Below are positions 10,275-20,581 of a stretch of DNA of 64,000 nt, in pieces. A program made the translations under genes and the position numbers. Each line of letters begins with the position of its first letter. Position 1 is the stretch's first letter. The stretch is from NCBI GenBank assembly GCA_963808235.1, contig CAWEEQ010000004.1, positions 2,528,001 through 2,592,000 of the forward strand. Direction: 5' to 3'. Source of the DNA: an uncultured delta proteobacterium. GTDB taxonomy: Bacteria > Desulfobacterota > Binatia > Binatales > Binataceae. The notes under the pieces were generated by a model. That model saw only the letters and a program-made list of their open reading frames with translations. It was not told the DNA's origin and did not search any database.

Positions 10275-11318
10275 TCAGCCCAGATTCCAGAAGCGGCCGA
10301 CGTTTTGCGACGCCCGCTCTATCATCGGCATCGCACGATCGCCGTCCTGGTCGATGTGAATCGGCTCGTCGGCGTCCCGTCCGAATTCATCGATCACAGC
10401 GCGCCCTGACTCCGCGATCGCTTCGAGGTCGTACCCGCCTTCGAGCGCGGCAACCATTTTTCCGTTGCAGCATTCAGCCGCAAGCCGTTTCACCCGCCGA
10501 GCCATCGCTGCAAAACCAGCCTCGGTCACGCGCATCTGCGCGAGCGGATCGCGAAAGTGGCAATCAAAACCGGCTGAAACGAGGATGAATTCGGGGTTGA
10601 AGTGCCGTCCGATTGGCATGATCAGCCGGTCGAAAACGCGGAGATATTCGCTGTCGCCGAACTCCGCGGGCATCGGCGCGTTGATCGTGAATCCGGTTCC
10701 CGCGCCGTATCCGATCTCGTGTAGCGAACCGGTGCCGGGGTAGTGCGGAAACTGATGGATTGAGGTGTAGAGCACTTCAGGCGATTCGTAGAACATTTCC
10801 TGCGAGCCGTTACCATGATGCACGTCCCAATCGACGATCATCACCCGCTTCAGGCCGCGCACTTTGACCAGCCACTCGGCCGCGATTGCCAGGTTGTTGA
10901 AAAAACAAAAACCCATCGCGCGATTTGCCAGGGCATGATGCCCGGGCGGACGGACGATCGCGAACGCATTGTCGGCGTCACCATCCATGACCGCCTCGAC
11001 GGCGGTGAGCACGCCACCTGACGCAAGCAGCGCAGTTTGATACGAGTCGCGCGAAGAGTGGGTGTCGAGATCGAAGTCGAAGCGATCCAGGGACGCGGTG
11101 CGCTCGACCTCCGCGATATACTCGGGGCGATGGCACAGTGCGATTTCGTTGGCGGTCGCCTCGCGCGGGGTGAGGAATTTGAGATCGGGGCGGCTGAGCG
11201 ACTCCGCCATCTCGATCATCGCCTCGATTCGCTGGGGTCGCTCGGGATGCGCGCGGCCGGCAAAGTGTTTCAGGTAGCGGCGGTCGCTGACCAGCGCGGT
11301 CTTAAGCATCGTTGACAC
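10275..11318 (-). CDS. histone deacetylase family protein (AcuC/APAH-like)
   Basis: HPE.P.R, RPPGHHA, GFCFFNN, DWDVHHGNG, SAGFD, LEGGY. Confidence 0.95.
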   Translation of the reverse strand: MSTMLKTALVSDRRYLKHFAGRAHPERPQRIEAMIEMAESLSRPDLKFLTPREATANEIALCHRPEYIAEVERTASLDRFDFDLDTHSSRDSYQTALLASGGVLTAVEAVMDGDADNAFAIVRPPGHHALANRAMGFCFFNNLAIAAEWLVKVRGLKRVMIVDWDVHHGNGSQEMFYESPEVLYTSIHQFPHYPGTGSLHEIGYGAGTGFTINAPMPAEFGDSEYLRVFDRLIMPIGRHFNPEFILVSAGFDCHFRDPLAQMRVTEAGFAAMARRVKRLAAECCNGKMVAALEGGYDLEAIAESGRAVIDEFGRDADEPIHIDQDGDRAMPMIERASQNVGRFWNLG

Positions 11319-11442
11319 TCCGGACCCTTATGATGATTAACTGACATGGAGAAGGCGCGGGGAATTTTCGGTCACCTCGAGAAGTCACCACAATTGAGTG
11401 ACGAGCGGATGAGTGGCGAATGGACCCGGCGATCATCGAAGC

Positions 11443-11682
11443 TTGAATCCATTTGAAATAATACTGATTCTCGCGGTCGCGCTGATTGTAATCGGACCGG
11501 AACGCCTGCCCGAAGTTATGCGCGCCACGGGGAAAGTGTTGCGAGAGTTGCGCCTGGCCAGTAACACAGTTCTCCACGAGCTTACCGAAGTGCTCGACGA
11601 GCCGCCCCCAAAAGTAGCACCGCCTCCCACACCGACGACAGAAAAGTCCGGGCCGTCCACCGGGTCGCCCGACAAACCATAG
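11443..11682 (+). CDS. tatB: Tat translocase TatA/TatB subunit
   Basis: EIILILAVALIVIGPERLPEV; directly upstream of tatC; start may be GTG 11413 or TTG 11443. Confidence 0.88.
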   Translation: MNPFEIILILAVALIVIGPERLPEVMRATGKVLRELRLASNTVLHELTEVLDEPPPKVAPPPTPTTEKSGPSTGSPDKP

Positions 11683-11708
11683 CCGGCCATTCCAAAATAT
11701 TCCGCATC

Positions 11709-12521
11709 GTGACTAGCGAGGATATCACACCGCCAGCGCCCATCGAGGAGACGCCGGAGCAGGCGCGGATGTCGCTGATGGAGCATCTGCAGGAACTGCG
11801 GAAGCGGCTGATTCGCGCATTCATCGCCATCGGGATCGGCTTCGCTATCGCATATGCGTTCGCGGATCCTCTGTTCCAGGCGCTGACCTGGCCGATTCGG
11901 GATGTCTCCGGTGGCAAGGTGATGCTGATCGGCACTGGAGTGGCCGAAGCGTTCTACACCAAGATCAAGGTGGCGCTGATCGCAGGGTTATTTCTCGCGA
12001 GTCCGGCGGTCTTTTACGAAATCTGGAAATTCGTCGCGCCCGGACTATACGAGAAAGAGCGCCGGATGGCGAAGCCATTCGTATTTTTCGCGACGGTCTT
12101 TTTCGCACTCGGCGGATATTTCTGTTGGGCGGTGGTCTTCAAGATCGGCTACGCATTTTTTCTGAATCAATACGCGAGCATCGGCGTCACCCCACGATTC
12201 GAATCAGCGAATACCTGACGTTCTCGTCCAAGCTGCTGCTCGCTTTCGCGACTCACATTCGAGATGCCGATTTTCGCATTCTTTTTCACCAAGCTCGGGA
12301 TGATCGACTATAAGATGATGATCAGCTACGTGCGCTATGCGATCCTCGCGATCTTCATGGTCTCCGCCGCTCTGACCCCGCCTGACATGATTTCGCAGTT
12401 CCTGCTCGCGATTCCGCTGCTGCTGCTCTATGCGCTGAGCGTCGGCGTCGCGTGGACGTTCCGGTTGAAGCCGGAGAACGAGCTGGTGCCCGCCGTTTCC
12501 AAACCGTCCGGGACGCCTTGA
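11709..12521 (+). CDS. tatC: Tat translocase TatC, with two compensating frameshifts (about 12190 and 12249)
   Basis: MSLMEHLQELRKRL, EIWKFVAPGLY.KE; the middle frame reads TIRISEYLTFSSKLLLAF, then FEMP...ALTPPD..SQ..LA.P...LY. Confidence 0.93.
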
Positions 12522-12542
12522 CGATGAAAGGGAGCTAAGAGT

Positions 12543-14942
12543 ATGGCGATAATCCTGAACTCTCCAGCCGCCACCGGCGCTCCCGGAATCGATCCGCGAT
12601 GGACCCGTAGCGCCAAGGACGCGATTTGCACCGCCTACTCGTCGGTCAGCCGCATATGGTTCACCGTTTCCGCGGGCGTGCTGAACGAGATCTATTTCCC
12701 CACCATCGATCAACCTCAAGTGCGCGATATGCAGTTCCTGATAACCGACGGCGAGACTTTCTTTCACGAGGAGCGGCGCCATCTCGATTCGACCACCGAG
12801 TACCTGGACAAACATGGTCTGGGCGTGCGAATCGTCGGCAATTCGCCGGACGGCCGCTATCGACTGATCAAGGAGATCGTCACCGATCCGCATCAGCCGA
12901 CCCTGCTGATCAATACCCGCCTCGAAGGCGACGCCGAGTTGCTCAAGAAGCTGCATCTGTACGTCTTGCTGGCGCCGCATCTGAACGTCGGCGGATGGGG
13001 CAACGACGGCAACGTGACGCAAATAGTCGGGCATGAGTTTCTGACCGCGCACAAAGATGGCGTCTGGCTGGCGCTCGGATGCACCACCAAGTTTCTGAGG
13101 ACTTCATGCGGATACGTCGGGAGCACCGACGGATGGCAGGACATCAGCGCCAACCTGAAGATGGACTATGAGTTCAGAGCCGCGACCAACGGGAATATCG
13201 CGCTGACCGGCGAGATCGATCTGCGCAAGGGATACGCGTTCACGGTCGGAGTTGCCTTCGGCCGCGAACTGAACCGCGCCGTGACGACTCTGTTTCAATC
13301 CATGGCCAATTCCTTCGTCGAACATCGCACCCGCTTCACGGAACAGTGGGAGCGAGCCTGCCACCATTTCCATCCGCTCGAGAAATGGTCCTCAGACGGC
13401 GGCGCCCTCTACGGCCGCAGCTGCGAACTCCTGCTCGCGCATGAAGACAAAACTTATCCCGGAGCGATCATCGCCTCGCTCAGCATCCCCTGGGGCGAGG
13501 CCAAGGGCGACGAAGATCTCGGGGGCTACCACCTGGTGTGGACCCGCGACATGGTCAACAGCGTGACCGGGCTGGCCGCATCGGGCGACTTGAGCACCGC
13601 GCTCCGCGCCTTGATCTACCTGGTCTGCGCGCAGCGGGCGGACGGAGGGTTCCCGCAGAACTTCTGGATCGACGGGCAGCCGTACTGGAATGGAATTCAG
13701 CTCGACGAAGTTTCATTTCCAATCACGCTTGCGTGGCGGCTGCACAAGGAAGACGCGCTCAAAGGTTTCGATCCGTATCCGATGGTGCGGCTGGCGGCGC
13801 GCTTCCTGATCGAAAACGGTCCCGCGACGCCGCAAGAGCGATGGGAAGAAAATGCCGGCTATTCGCCGTCGACGCTCGCCGCGAATATCTCGGGATTGAT
13901 TTGCGCCGCGTGCTTCGCGCGCAATCGCGGCGACCTGGCAACCGCGCAATTTCTCGAGGAGTACGCCGATTTTCTCGAAGCGCATATCGAAGCCTGGACG
14001 GTTACAACCCAAGGCTTCCTGGTCCCCGGAATCAAGCGGCACTACGTGCGAATAAATCCAACCGACATGAGCAATTCCGATCCTCAGGACAGCCTCGATG
14101 GCAAAGTCGTGAACATTCGCAATCGTCCGCCCGGAGCCTCATACGAATTTCCGGTCGCGGAAATTGTGGACGGTGGATTTCTTGAACTGGTGCGCTACGG
14201 AATTCGCAAAGCGGGCGCTCCGTTGATGGAAGACTCGTTGCGAGTGATCGATGCCGTTCTCAAAACCGACTTTCCCGCAGGTCCTTGTTGGAGACGCTAT
14301 ACGCACGACGGCTACGGGCAGCGCGACGACGGCGGTCCGTTCATCGGATGGGGCCGCGGACGTCCGTGGCCCTTGCTGACCGGAGAGCGTGGACACTACG
14401 AACTCGCGGCGGGGCGCGATCCGCGTCGCTACCTGGCCGCGATGGAGCGGTTTGCGAACTCAACCCAGTTGCTGCCCGAGCAGATCTGGGATCAACCGGA
14501 CATCCCGCGTGCGCTGCTGAAGTACGGATATCAGACCGGAAGCGCGACGCCGCTGATGTGGGCACACGCCGAATATATCAAGCTGTTGCGTTCGACCTCG
14601 GAAGGCCGCGTGTTCGACATGATCGAAGAAGTCAGCGACCGCTACATGAAGCCGGGCCGAAAGCCGAGCCGCCTCCGGGTATGGAAGTCCAACCGCCACG
14701 TGAGCTCAGTGTTTGCGGGCGAGCGATTGCGCATCCAGGCGAGCCAGCAGTTTACGTTGCACTGGTCGAAGGACGAATGGCAGCACGTAAATGATACCGC
14801 GTCGAACTCGACGCCGATCGGGTTCGACTACGTGGATATCGATACCGCAGCGTCCGATCGCGCACCGATTCGATTTACCTTCTACTGGCGCGAGACCGCG
14901 AATTGGGAAGGCCGAGACTACCCGGTGCAGATCGTGCGGTGA
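12543..14942 (+). CDS. glucoamylase/glucodextranase (GH15)
   Basis: APGIDPRWT, GYHLVWTRD, QLDE, QERWEE, LLPEQIWD, PLMWAHAEY. Confidence 0.93.
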   Translation: MAIILNSPAATGAPGIDPRWTRSAKDAICTAYSSVSRIWFTVSAGVLNEIYFPTIDQPQVRDMQFLITDGETFFHEERRHLDSTTEYLDKHGLGVRIVGNSPDGRYRLIKEIVTDPHQPTLLINTRLEGDAELLKKLHLYVLLAPHLNVGGWGNDGNVTQIVGHEFLTAHKDGVWLALGCTTKFLRTSCGYVGSTDGWQDISANLKMDYEFRAATNGNIALTGEIDLRKGYAFTVGVAFGRELNRAVTTLFQSMANSFVEHRTRFTEQWERACHHFHPLEKWSSDGGALYGRSCELLLAHEDKTYPGAIIASLSIPWGEAKGDEDLGGYHLVWTRDMVNSVTGLAASGDLSTALRALIYLVCAQRADGGFPQNFWIDGQPYWNGIQLDEVSFPITLAWRLHKEDALKGFDPYPMVRLAARFLIENGPATPQERWEENAGYSPSTLAANISGLICAACFARNRGDLATAQFLEEYADFLEAHIEAWTVTTQGFLVPGIKRHYVRINPTDMSNSDPQDSLDGKVVNIRNRPPGASYEFPVAEIVDGGFLELVRYGIRKAGAPLMEDSLRVIDAVLKTDFPAGPCWRRYTHDGYGQRDDGGPFIGWGRGRPWPLLTGERGHYELAAGRDPRRYLAAMERFANSTQLLPEQIWDQPDIPRALLKYGYQTGSATPLMWAHAEYIKLLRSTSEGRVFDMIEEVSDRYMKPGRKPSRLRVWKSNRHVSSVFAGERLRIQASQQFTLHWSKDEWQHVNDTASNSTPIGFDYVDIDTAASDRAPIRFTFYWRETANWEGRDYPVQIVR

Positions 14943-15075
14943 GTGAGGAAGCGTTGTCGAATTAATCAATAGGATCGAAGAAAGTTCGCGACGGCACACT
15001 GAGAGCATAAACGATCGTTTAGCATTCGTAACCCAACAATTTTCGCTGCCGTACTTATCTAAGGAGGTTTCAACT

Positions 15076-15300
15076 ATGAAACTCGGGAGAATTACGGCAA
15101 CAGCTCTTTTTGCTTTCACGATGGCGATGCCAGGCATTACCGGAGCAGACGTCGGAAATGTAAAGCCGCAGACTCCGCCACCGGCGATTCAGCAGACGGC
15201 GTTCGCGCCTCAGTCGCTGACGACCCTCGCGTGGTACCGTCGACCCTGGGCCTGCGGCAATCCGCACTTCCGGCATCATCACTGGTGGCTCTGCCACTAA
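15076..15300 (+). CDS. small secreted peptide with Trp/His/Cys-rich C-terminus
   Basis: Strong RBS AAGGAGG at 15061, signal-like N-terminus, ends WYRRPWACGNPHFRHHHWWLCH. Confidence 0.75.
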   Translation: MKLGRITATALFAFTMAMPGITGADVGNVKPQTPPPAIQQTAFAPQSLTTLAWYRRPWACGNPHFRHHHWWLCH

Positions 15301-15388
15301 CGCGATTGCGACGCGGCCGGTATCGCTCGGCTCGATTGAGCGCCGTTAGAAAACAGCAGGCGTCGAGGCTTGCTCTTTCAACGGCGCG

Positions 15389-15619
15389 TTAACCGAGCCG
15401 GCGGATCGAGAACTGCGTGGTCAATGAATCGAGCAGCCGCTCGACTTCTTCGCGCGAATCCGCGGAAAAGTAAATGCGCAGATGATGTTGATGCGGGTCT
15501 TCGGTCCTTAGCGTCGCGATATTGTCGTAAGACTCGACGATCGATTTGAACAGCACGATCTGTTCGGGCGCGATCGCGATCAGCATCGAGTCTATCTTCG
15601 GTGGTTCGGCCGAATTCAC
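15389..15619 (-). CDS. DUF4911-like small protein
   Basis: I.LFKSIVESYDNIATLRT.D pattern typical of this deltaproteobacterial family. Confidence 0.7.
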   Translation of the reverse strand: MNSAEPPKIDSMLIAIAPEQIVLFKSIVESYDNIATLRTEDPHQHHLRIYFSADSREEVERLLDSLTTQFSIRRLG

Positions 15620-15682
15620 CGCAACCTCATTGTCGGGCTTTCATGGTTTACTGGATCGCCCGCGACACCTACATTCTAGCCG

Positions 15683-16567
15683 ATGAGCCTGCCGCGGGTC
15701 TTGTTCGTAACCGGCAAGGGCGGCACCGGCAAGAGCACGGTAGCGGCATCGATTGCGCTGGCATGCTCGCGCCGGCGGCCAACGATTCTTGCCGATCTCG
15801 ATCACCGGCTCTCGGCCGCCACCCTGCTTGGCGTGACGCCGGCCGACGGAACGTTCGCGAAGGTCACCAATTCGCTTGAGGTCGTCGCGCTTGGCGCTCG
15901 CGCGGAGCTCGACGCATTCATCGGACGAATCGTTCCGATCCGCGCCATCTCGCGCCGGATGCTGCGCAGCCGCACCTTCGGCTACGTGACTGCCGCGCTG
16001 CCGGGCCTGGAGGCCTTCCTGCTGCTCGAGCGTCTCCGAATTATGGCGGGCGATGCGGCGCTCAATGATCGCTACCTGGTGATCGATGCTCCCGCTTCGG
16101 GCAGCGCCGTTGAATTACTCTCAGTCGCTGTGGGCGTGAAGAATATCTCACCGGCCGGAACGCTCAACCGGCTGGCCGACTCGGTCGCCGCGTTTCTCGC
16201 CGATCCAACACGATTCGGAGCGATCATCACAGTCACTCCCGAGGAACTTGCGCTACGCGAGGCGCTGGAAACCGAGGCCTCGATGCGCGAGCGGCTTTCC
16301 ATTGTGACGATCGCCGCGATCGTGAATCGGGTTCCCGATTTGCTATTCGATACCGCCGAGCTTGCCGCGTTGAGTCCGTTACGCAGCCATGCGCGGTTGG
16401 CAATAAGGCGAACCGCGGCGCAAGAAGCTGCATCGGATGGCGTGCGCCGACTCCAGAAGGCGGGGATCGCAACCGTCAATTTGCCAATGATGTTCACGCC
16501 GGCGATGGGTCTCGAGGAAGTCGAGCAGCTCGGCCAAATCCTGACGGCGGAGTTGCTCGAGCGATGA
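15683..16567 (+). CDS. ArsA/Get3-family ATPase
   Basis: GKGGTGKST deviant Walker A, PGL, IDAPASG, VTPEEL..E. Confidence 0.88.
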   Translation: MSLPRVLFVTGKGGTGKSTVAASIALACSRRRPTILADLDHRLSAATLLGVTPADGTFAKVTNSLEVVALGARAELDAFIGRIVPIRAISRRMLRSRTFGYVTAALPGLEAFLLLERLRIMAGDAALNDRYLVIDAPASGSAVELLSVAVGVKNISPAGTLNRLADSVAAFLADPTRFGAIITVTPEELALREALETEASMRERLSIVTIAAIVNRVPDLLFDTAELAALSPLRSHARLAIRRTAAQEAASDGVRRLQKAGIATVNLPMMFTPAMGLEEVEQLGQILTAELLER

Positions 16568-17685
16568 CGTCGAAGACGCACCGGCCCGGATCTATCGATC
16601 TGAAGGCGCTGCGGCTGCTCGTTTGCGTGGGCCCCGGCGGCGTCGGCAAGACAACTATGAGCGCCGCATTTGCGGTGCAGGCGGCCTCGCTCGGACGCGC
16701 GGTGGACGTGATGACCGTGGATCCTGCGCCTCGCTTGCTCGACGCGCTTGGCCTCGGCGCGGACTGTGCGGAGCCGGTCGAGGTGAGCTTGGAAGGTCTC
16801 CACTCACGCCGAATCAAATCGCGGCGTGCGCGTTTGCGCGCGCTTCGACTCGACCCGAAAGGGACCTTCGACTCGATCATAAGACGCTACGCACCGTCCG
16901 ACGCGGCTCGCGACGCAATTCTTGAAAACCGAATTTACCGAAATCTCTCCAATGCGTTGGCGGGCGTCGGCGATTACATGGCGATGGAAAAGTTGCTCGA
17001 GCTCGCGTCCAATCCGGGCACCGACATGGTTGTGCTCGACACTCCGCCCGCGGCCGAGGCGATCGATTTTCTGGACGCGCCAAGGCGCCTGCTCGAACTC
17101 CTGAACTCGCGCGCGATAAGTCTGCTCGGTGCGCCCGGCGGAATTTTCCGGAGCCGATTGCGGGTGGTCGATATCGCGGCGCGCGCCGTGCTCTCGGCGT
17201 TCGATCGCGTTACCGGTCTGAATCTGCTGCGCGATGTTCAGGCATTCGTCGGAAGCTTCGACGGCATGTACGAGGGCTTCGCCGCGCGAGCGGCCGCGGC
17301 GCAGGAGAAACTTCGCGCGCTGGACTCGGCAATTGCGATCGTGACGACTGCGGAAGCCAGCCGGATCGCACAAGCGCGCGAATTTATCGAGGCGCTGGAG
17401 CGCGCGGATCTGCGCGTCGCCGCGGTGATCGTGAATCGCGCGATGGAAGAGATGCCGGATGGCGCGGAGGTATCGCAGGCAAAGATTCCCGCCGCGCTCA
17501 AGAAAAAACTGAAGCGAAATCTCGCCGACTTTTGCGCTCTGAAGACTCGCGAGGAAAGTTCGCTGCACGCGCTTCGGGAGTCGCTGCCCAAGGGAGCGAT
17601 CCTGATGGTCGCCCCAGACTTTGGCCGCGAGCCGCTCTCGATAGCCGACCTGGCCGAGGTCGGGCGCAGCTTACGGCCGCGATGA
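16564..17685 (+). CDS. ArsA/Get3-family ATPase (second subunit)
   Basis: GPGGVGKTT, DPA.RL.DALG, YMAMEKL, DTPP...A.DFLDAP; ATGA overlap with the previous gene. Confidence 0.9.
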   Translation: MTSKTHRPGSIDLKALRLLVCVGPGGVGKTTMSAAFAVQAASLGRAVDVMTVDPAPRLLDALGLGADCAEPVEVSLEGLHSRRIKSRRARLRALRLDPKGTFDSIIRRYAPSDAARDAILENRIYRNLSNALAGVGDYMAMEKLLELASNPGTDMVVLDTPPAAEAIDFLDAPRRLLELLNSRAISLLGAPGGIFRSRLRVVDIAARAVLSAFDRVTGLNLLRDVQAFVGSFDGMYEGFAARAAAAQEKLRALDSAIAIVTTAEASRIAQAREFIEALERADLRVAAVIVNRAMEEMPDGAEVSQAKIPAALKKKLKRNLADFCALKTREESSLHALRESLPKGAILMVAPDFGREPLSIADLAEVGRSLRPR

Positions 17686-18024
17686 CCCGCCCGATTTTTT
17701 CGCGCGCCGGACGTTCGGCTTCGACGCGACCGGATCGAGCAGGCGGTCGAGCTTGATGCTAAGGTTCAGTAGTTGCGAGCTCAGATGATCGAGGCGCGCC
17801 TTCAAGTCGCGAACGTCGCGCTTGGACGGTATATTGACGAAGTCCAGCACTTGCTCGACGTTGCGATCGAACGACTGCTTGTTGGACATGAAACGCTCGC
17901 CGGCGCGGCCGAAGCTCGAGCGCATCTTGTCGTTGGAGAGTAGCTCGTTGAAGAAGCTTGCGATGCCCTCTTCACTCATCTGCCGCAGCTTACTCATCAG
18001 GTTGTCGTCGTCGCGGCGCGCCAT
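17671..18024 (-). CDS. helical phasin/PhaE-like protein
   Basis: Amphipathic helices with NIPSKRDV..L..RLD.L motif and basic tail. Confidence 0.55.
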   Translation of the reverse strand: MARRDDDNLMSKLRQMSEEGIASFFNELLSNDKMRSSFGRAGERFMSNKQSFDRNVEQVLDFVNIPSKRDVRDLKARLDHLSSQLLNLSIKLDRLLDPVASKPNVRRAKKSGGSSRP

Positions 18025-18064
18025 CGCTTTCAACTATATATAGGGTTCCGAGCCACGCAAACCG

Positions 18065-18349
18065 ATGAGCACTATCGCAAGCCTGCTTAGCCTCGCGTCC
18101 GGTTTTGCCCTGATGGGATACCGCATGACGCCCGCGAACTTGATCGCGACTTCGGTGGTGATCGATCTGGCGCTCGCGCCGCTCACTGCGATCATCGCCT
18201 CGCGCCGCGGGCGCTCCGCCACGCGATGGTTGATCGGCGGCCTCGCACTGGGCGCGTGGGCGCTGGCCGCGGTGATGATCCTGCCGGCGAGCGACCCTGC
18301 TCCGCCGAGTCCACCGGCGCCGATCCCGCCTACTTCTGATGCTGCTTGA
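18065..18349 (+). CDS. small membrane protein
   Basis: Three hydrophobic segments and a RRGRS...W...GL.LG.W motif. Confidence 0.65.
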   Translation: MSTIASLLSLASGFALMGYRMTPANLIATSVVIDLALAPLTAIIASRRGRSATRWLIGGLALGAWALAAVMILPASDPAPPSPPAPIPPTSDAA

Positions 18350-19502
18350 TCCACGCCAGGGTCGGCGCGAAAACCTGGCTTTCCGATTTGGTTCCGGCCA
18401 ACACATCGAGATGGCCCCATCCGTCGAACTTTGCAAATGACGGATCCGGCGCGCCGGTCGCTTTTGCCGACGCTTCGACCATTCCGGGCCATTGCGCGCC
18501 GAAGTTTGTGCTTGCAAATGCGATCACCGGAATCTTCGACGCATGGAGCGGAGCAAGCAGCTCCGGCGTAAACGGATTTTCGCCGTCCTGGACGGCCGGC
18601 CAATATCGATCGTAGGCGATCAGCAGTTTCGCCAACACCACCGGATCGGAAAAACCGCCCTGCGGATTTGCGAGCCCGCCCTTGCCGCCGAAAAATCCGC
18701 CCGCGTCATAGACCACGTGCTCGAGGTTCTCGCGTGCGGTCTTGTACTTGTGAATCGGCGCGGGCTGATCCGGATTGTCGATCACCATCTGCATCAACTT
18801 GTAGCGTTTGTCGTAGGTCAGGTGCTCGCCGCCGATATCGTCAGCGTAGTGGCCGGCGGGCACCGGACGCATCGGATGGTTCGGGATGAATCCGTCGAGC
18901 GCGATGATTCCAGCGACGCGCTCCGGATGCCGCGCCGCGTACAGATACGAAAATTCGACCCCGCGGCTGAAGCCCGCGACGAAGAGTTTGTCTTGTCCGG
19001 TTTTTTCGCTGACGAATTTCGCCGCTGCGTCGATGTCCGATTCAAAGAGTTCGTTGGTCCATCCCGCCAGTTCAGCGAGATCGTTCTGGGCAGTGGTGGG
19101 CCGAATGAAATGGGTGCGATAGTCCATCGCCCATACGTCAACGCCGTGCTCGGCGAGATAAACCTGGAATGAGTATTTAGGGTCCTCGAGCGCCACCTCG
19201 CCGTTCATGTTGGTGCCAGGAAGATAGAGCACGACCGCACCTTGATGTGGGGGCGGATTCAGTCCTTTGGCGACGCGATGCAGCGCGACCTTGTCCCACG
19301 GCGACTTTCCGACGACCGCGCTGAACGTATACTCGTAAATTCCCGGCGCGCCTTTAAGCTCGTGGGCGGTGCCGGTCGGCTGGAATTCCTCCGCGTGCGC
19401 GGCTCGAGCCGGCAGCCAGAGAATTGCGATCAACATCCACAGATGGAGCGTGACAATAGATCGGAAGATGCGGCGTGGCTGGCTGGGTTGTCGGATGTTC
19501 AT
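18330..19502 (-). CDS. secreted alpha/beta hydrolase
   Basis: Signal ending AHA, LYLPG, AMDYR, GFSRG nucleophile, WGHLD. Confidence 0.85.
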   Translation of the reverse strand: MNIRQPSQPRRIFRSIVTLHLWMLIAILWLPARAAHAEEFQPTGTAHELKGAPGIYEYTFSAVVGKSPWDKVALHRVAKGLNPPPHQGAVVLYLPGTNMNGEVALEDPKYSFQVYLAEHGVDVWAMDYRTHFIRPTTAQNDLAELAGWTNELFESDIDAAAKFVSEKTGQDKLFVAGFSRGVEFSYLYAARHPERVAGIIALDGFIPNHPMRPVPAGHYADDIGGEHLTYDKRYKLMQMVIDNPDQPAPIHKYKTARENLEHVVYDAGGFFGGKGGLANPQGGFSDPVVLAKLLIAYDRYWPAVQDGENPFTPELLAPLHASKIPVIAFASTNFGAQWPGMVEASAKATGAPDPSFAKFDGWGHLDVLAGTKSESQVFAPTLAWIKQHQK

Positions 19503-19660
19503 GGGAGTAGATTTCTCCACGATCGATTCTTCCCGCACAAGAGACGCGATCGTCGCCGGTTAATCTTTAGCGGTTGATCTTGCGCTGTCCGCCATGCGAA
19601 ACAGAATCGATAGGTCTTTCATTCAATCGACATCGGAAACAATTCCTGGGAGCAATTTCA

Positions 19661-20581
19661 ATGAGCAAGAAAGTTCAGTTCGCGCTGTTCTCTCCACAAG
19701 CCGGACAGTCGTGGCATCAGCTCGAGGAGCGGACGCATCGATGCGAGAAACTCGGCTACCATTCCATCTGGCTTGTCGATCATATGTGGACCGGCCAGAT
19801 GCCCGATCTCGATCATCATGAGTGCCTGACGCTGATGGCAGGTCTGGCGGCGAAGACCGAGAAAATCCGCATCGGCACGCTCGTCATATGCAACTCGTAT
19901 CGCAATCCGGCGTTGCTCGCGAAGACGCTGCTGACAATCGATCACATCAGCAACGGCCGGCTCGAAGTCGGTTACGGCGCTGGATGGATGGCGCCGGAGT
20001 ATAAGGCTTACGGCTACGAGTTTCCCTCGATGGGAACGCGGTTAAAGATGTTCGAGGAAGGGTTGCACATCATCAAGCTGATGTTCACCGAGAAGCGCGC
20101 GACTTTTAAGGGGCGGCACTATTCGGTCGAAGAAGCGATTTGCAATCCGAAGGGAGTGCAGCAGCCGCATCCGCCGATCACGATTGGCGGCAGTGGAGAA
20201 AAGGTCATGCTGAAACTGGTCGCGAGATTTGCGGACCGGTGGAACTGTCCGGCCGGCTACGAGAGCTTCGAGCACAAGTTCAACGTTTTGAAGAAGCACT
20301 GCAAAGATCTCGGCCGTGACGTGAATACGATCGACGTGTCGGAACAGTTGCTCGTCTGCATCGGCAAAACCGACGAGGAAGTCGAGCAGAAGTGGAAGAC
20401 GGCTCAGATGCTCAAGCCGTTCGTGACCACCGGGATCAAAGGCACGCCCAAGCAGCTGGTCGAGGAGCTAAGGAAACGGGTCGCGATGGGGATTACGACT
20501 TTCACCATTTTCTTCAGCGACTTCGCGCCGCCGCCGACGCTCGAGTTGTTCGCGAAAGAGGTGATGCCGGCATTTGCGTAA
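19661..20581 (+). CDS. LLM-class (probably F420-dependent) oxidoreductase
   Basis: WLVDH, YRNPALLAK...DHISNGRLEVG.GAGW...EY.AYG, PPITIGGSGEK. Confidence 0.93.
   Translation: MSKKVQFALFSPQAGQSWHQLEERTHRCEKLGYHSIWLVDHMWTGQMPDLDHHECLTLMAGLAAKTEKIRIGTLVICNSYRNPALLAKTLLTIDHISNGRLEVGYGAGWMAPEYKAYGYEFPSMGTRLKMFEEGLHIIKLMFTEKRATFKGRHYSVEEAICNPKGVQQPHPPITIGGSGEKVMLKLVARFADRWNCPAGYESFEHKFNVLKKHCKDLGRDVNTIDVSEQLLVCIGKTDEEVEQKWKTAQMLKPFVTTGIKGTPKQLVEELRKRVAMGITTFTIFFSDFAPPPTLELFAKEVMPAFA

Noticed and set aside
11709-12521. Programmed frameshifting or true pseudogene in tatC
   Set aside because: Two compensating indels about 60 nt apart, no slippery heptamer, and many similar indels in the window.
14992-15008. 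Sigma54 promoter CGGCAC-N5-GAGCA upstream of the small peptide
   Set aside because: The -12 element deviates from TTGC; too weak to call.
15683-17685. Arsenic resistance operon
   Set aside because: No arsB/acr3/arsR/arsD nearby; arsC is 38 kb away; motifs fit the Get3-like pair.
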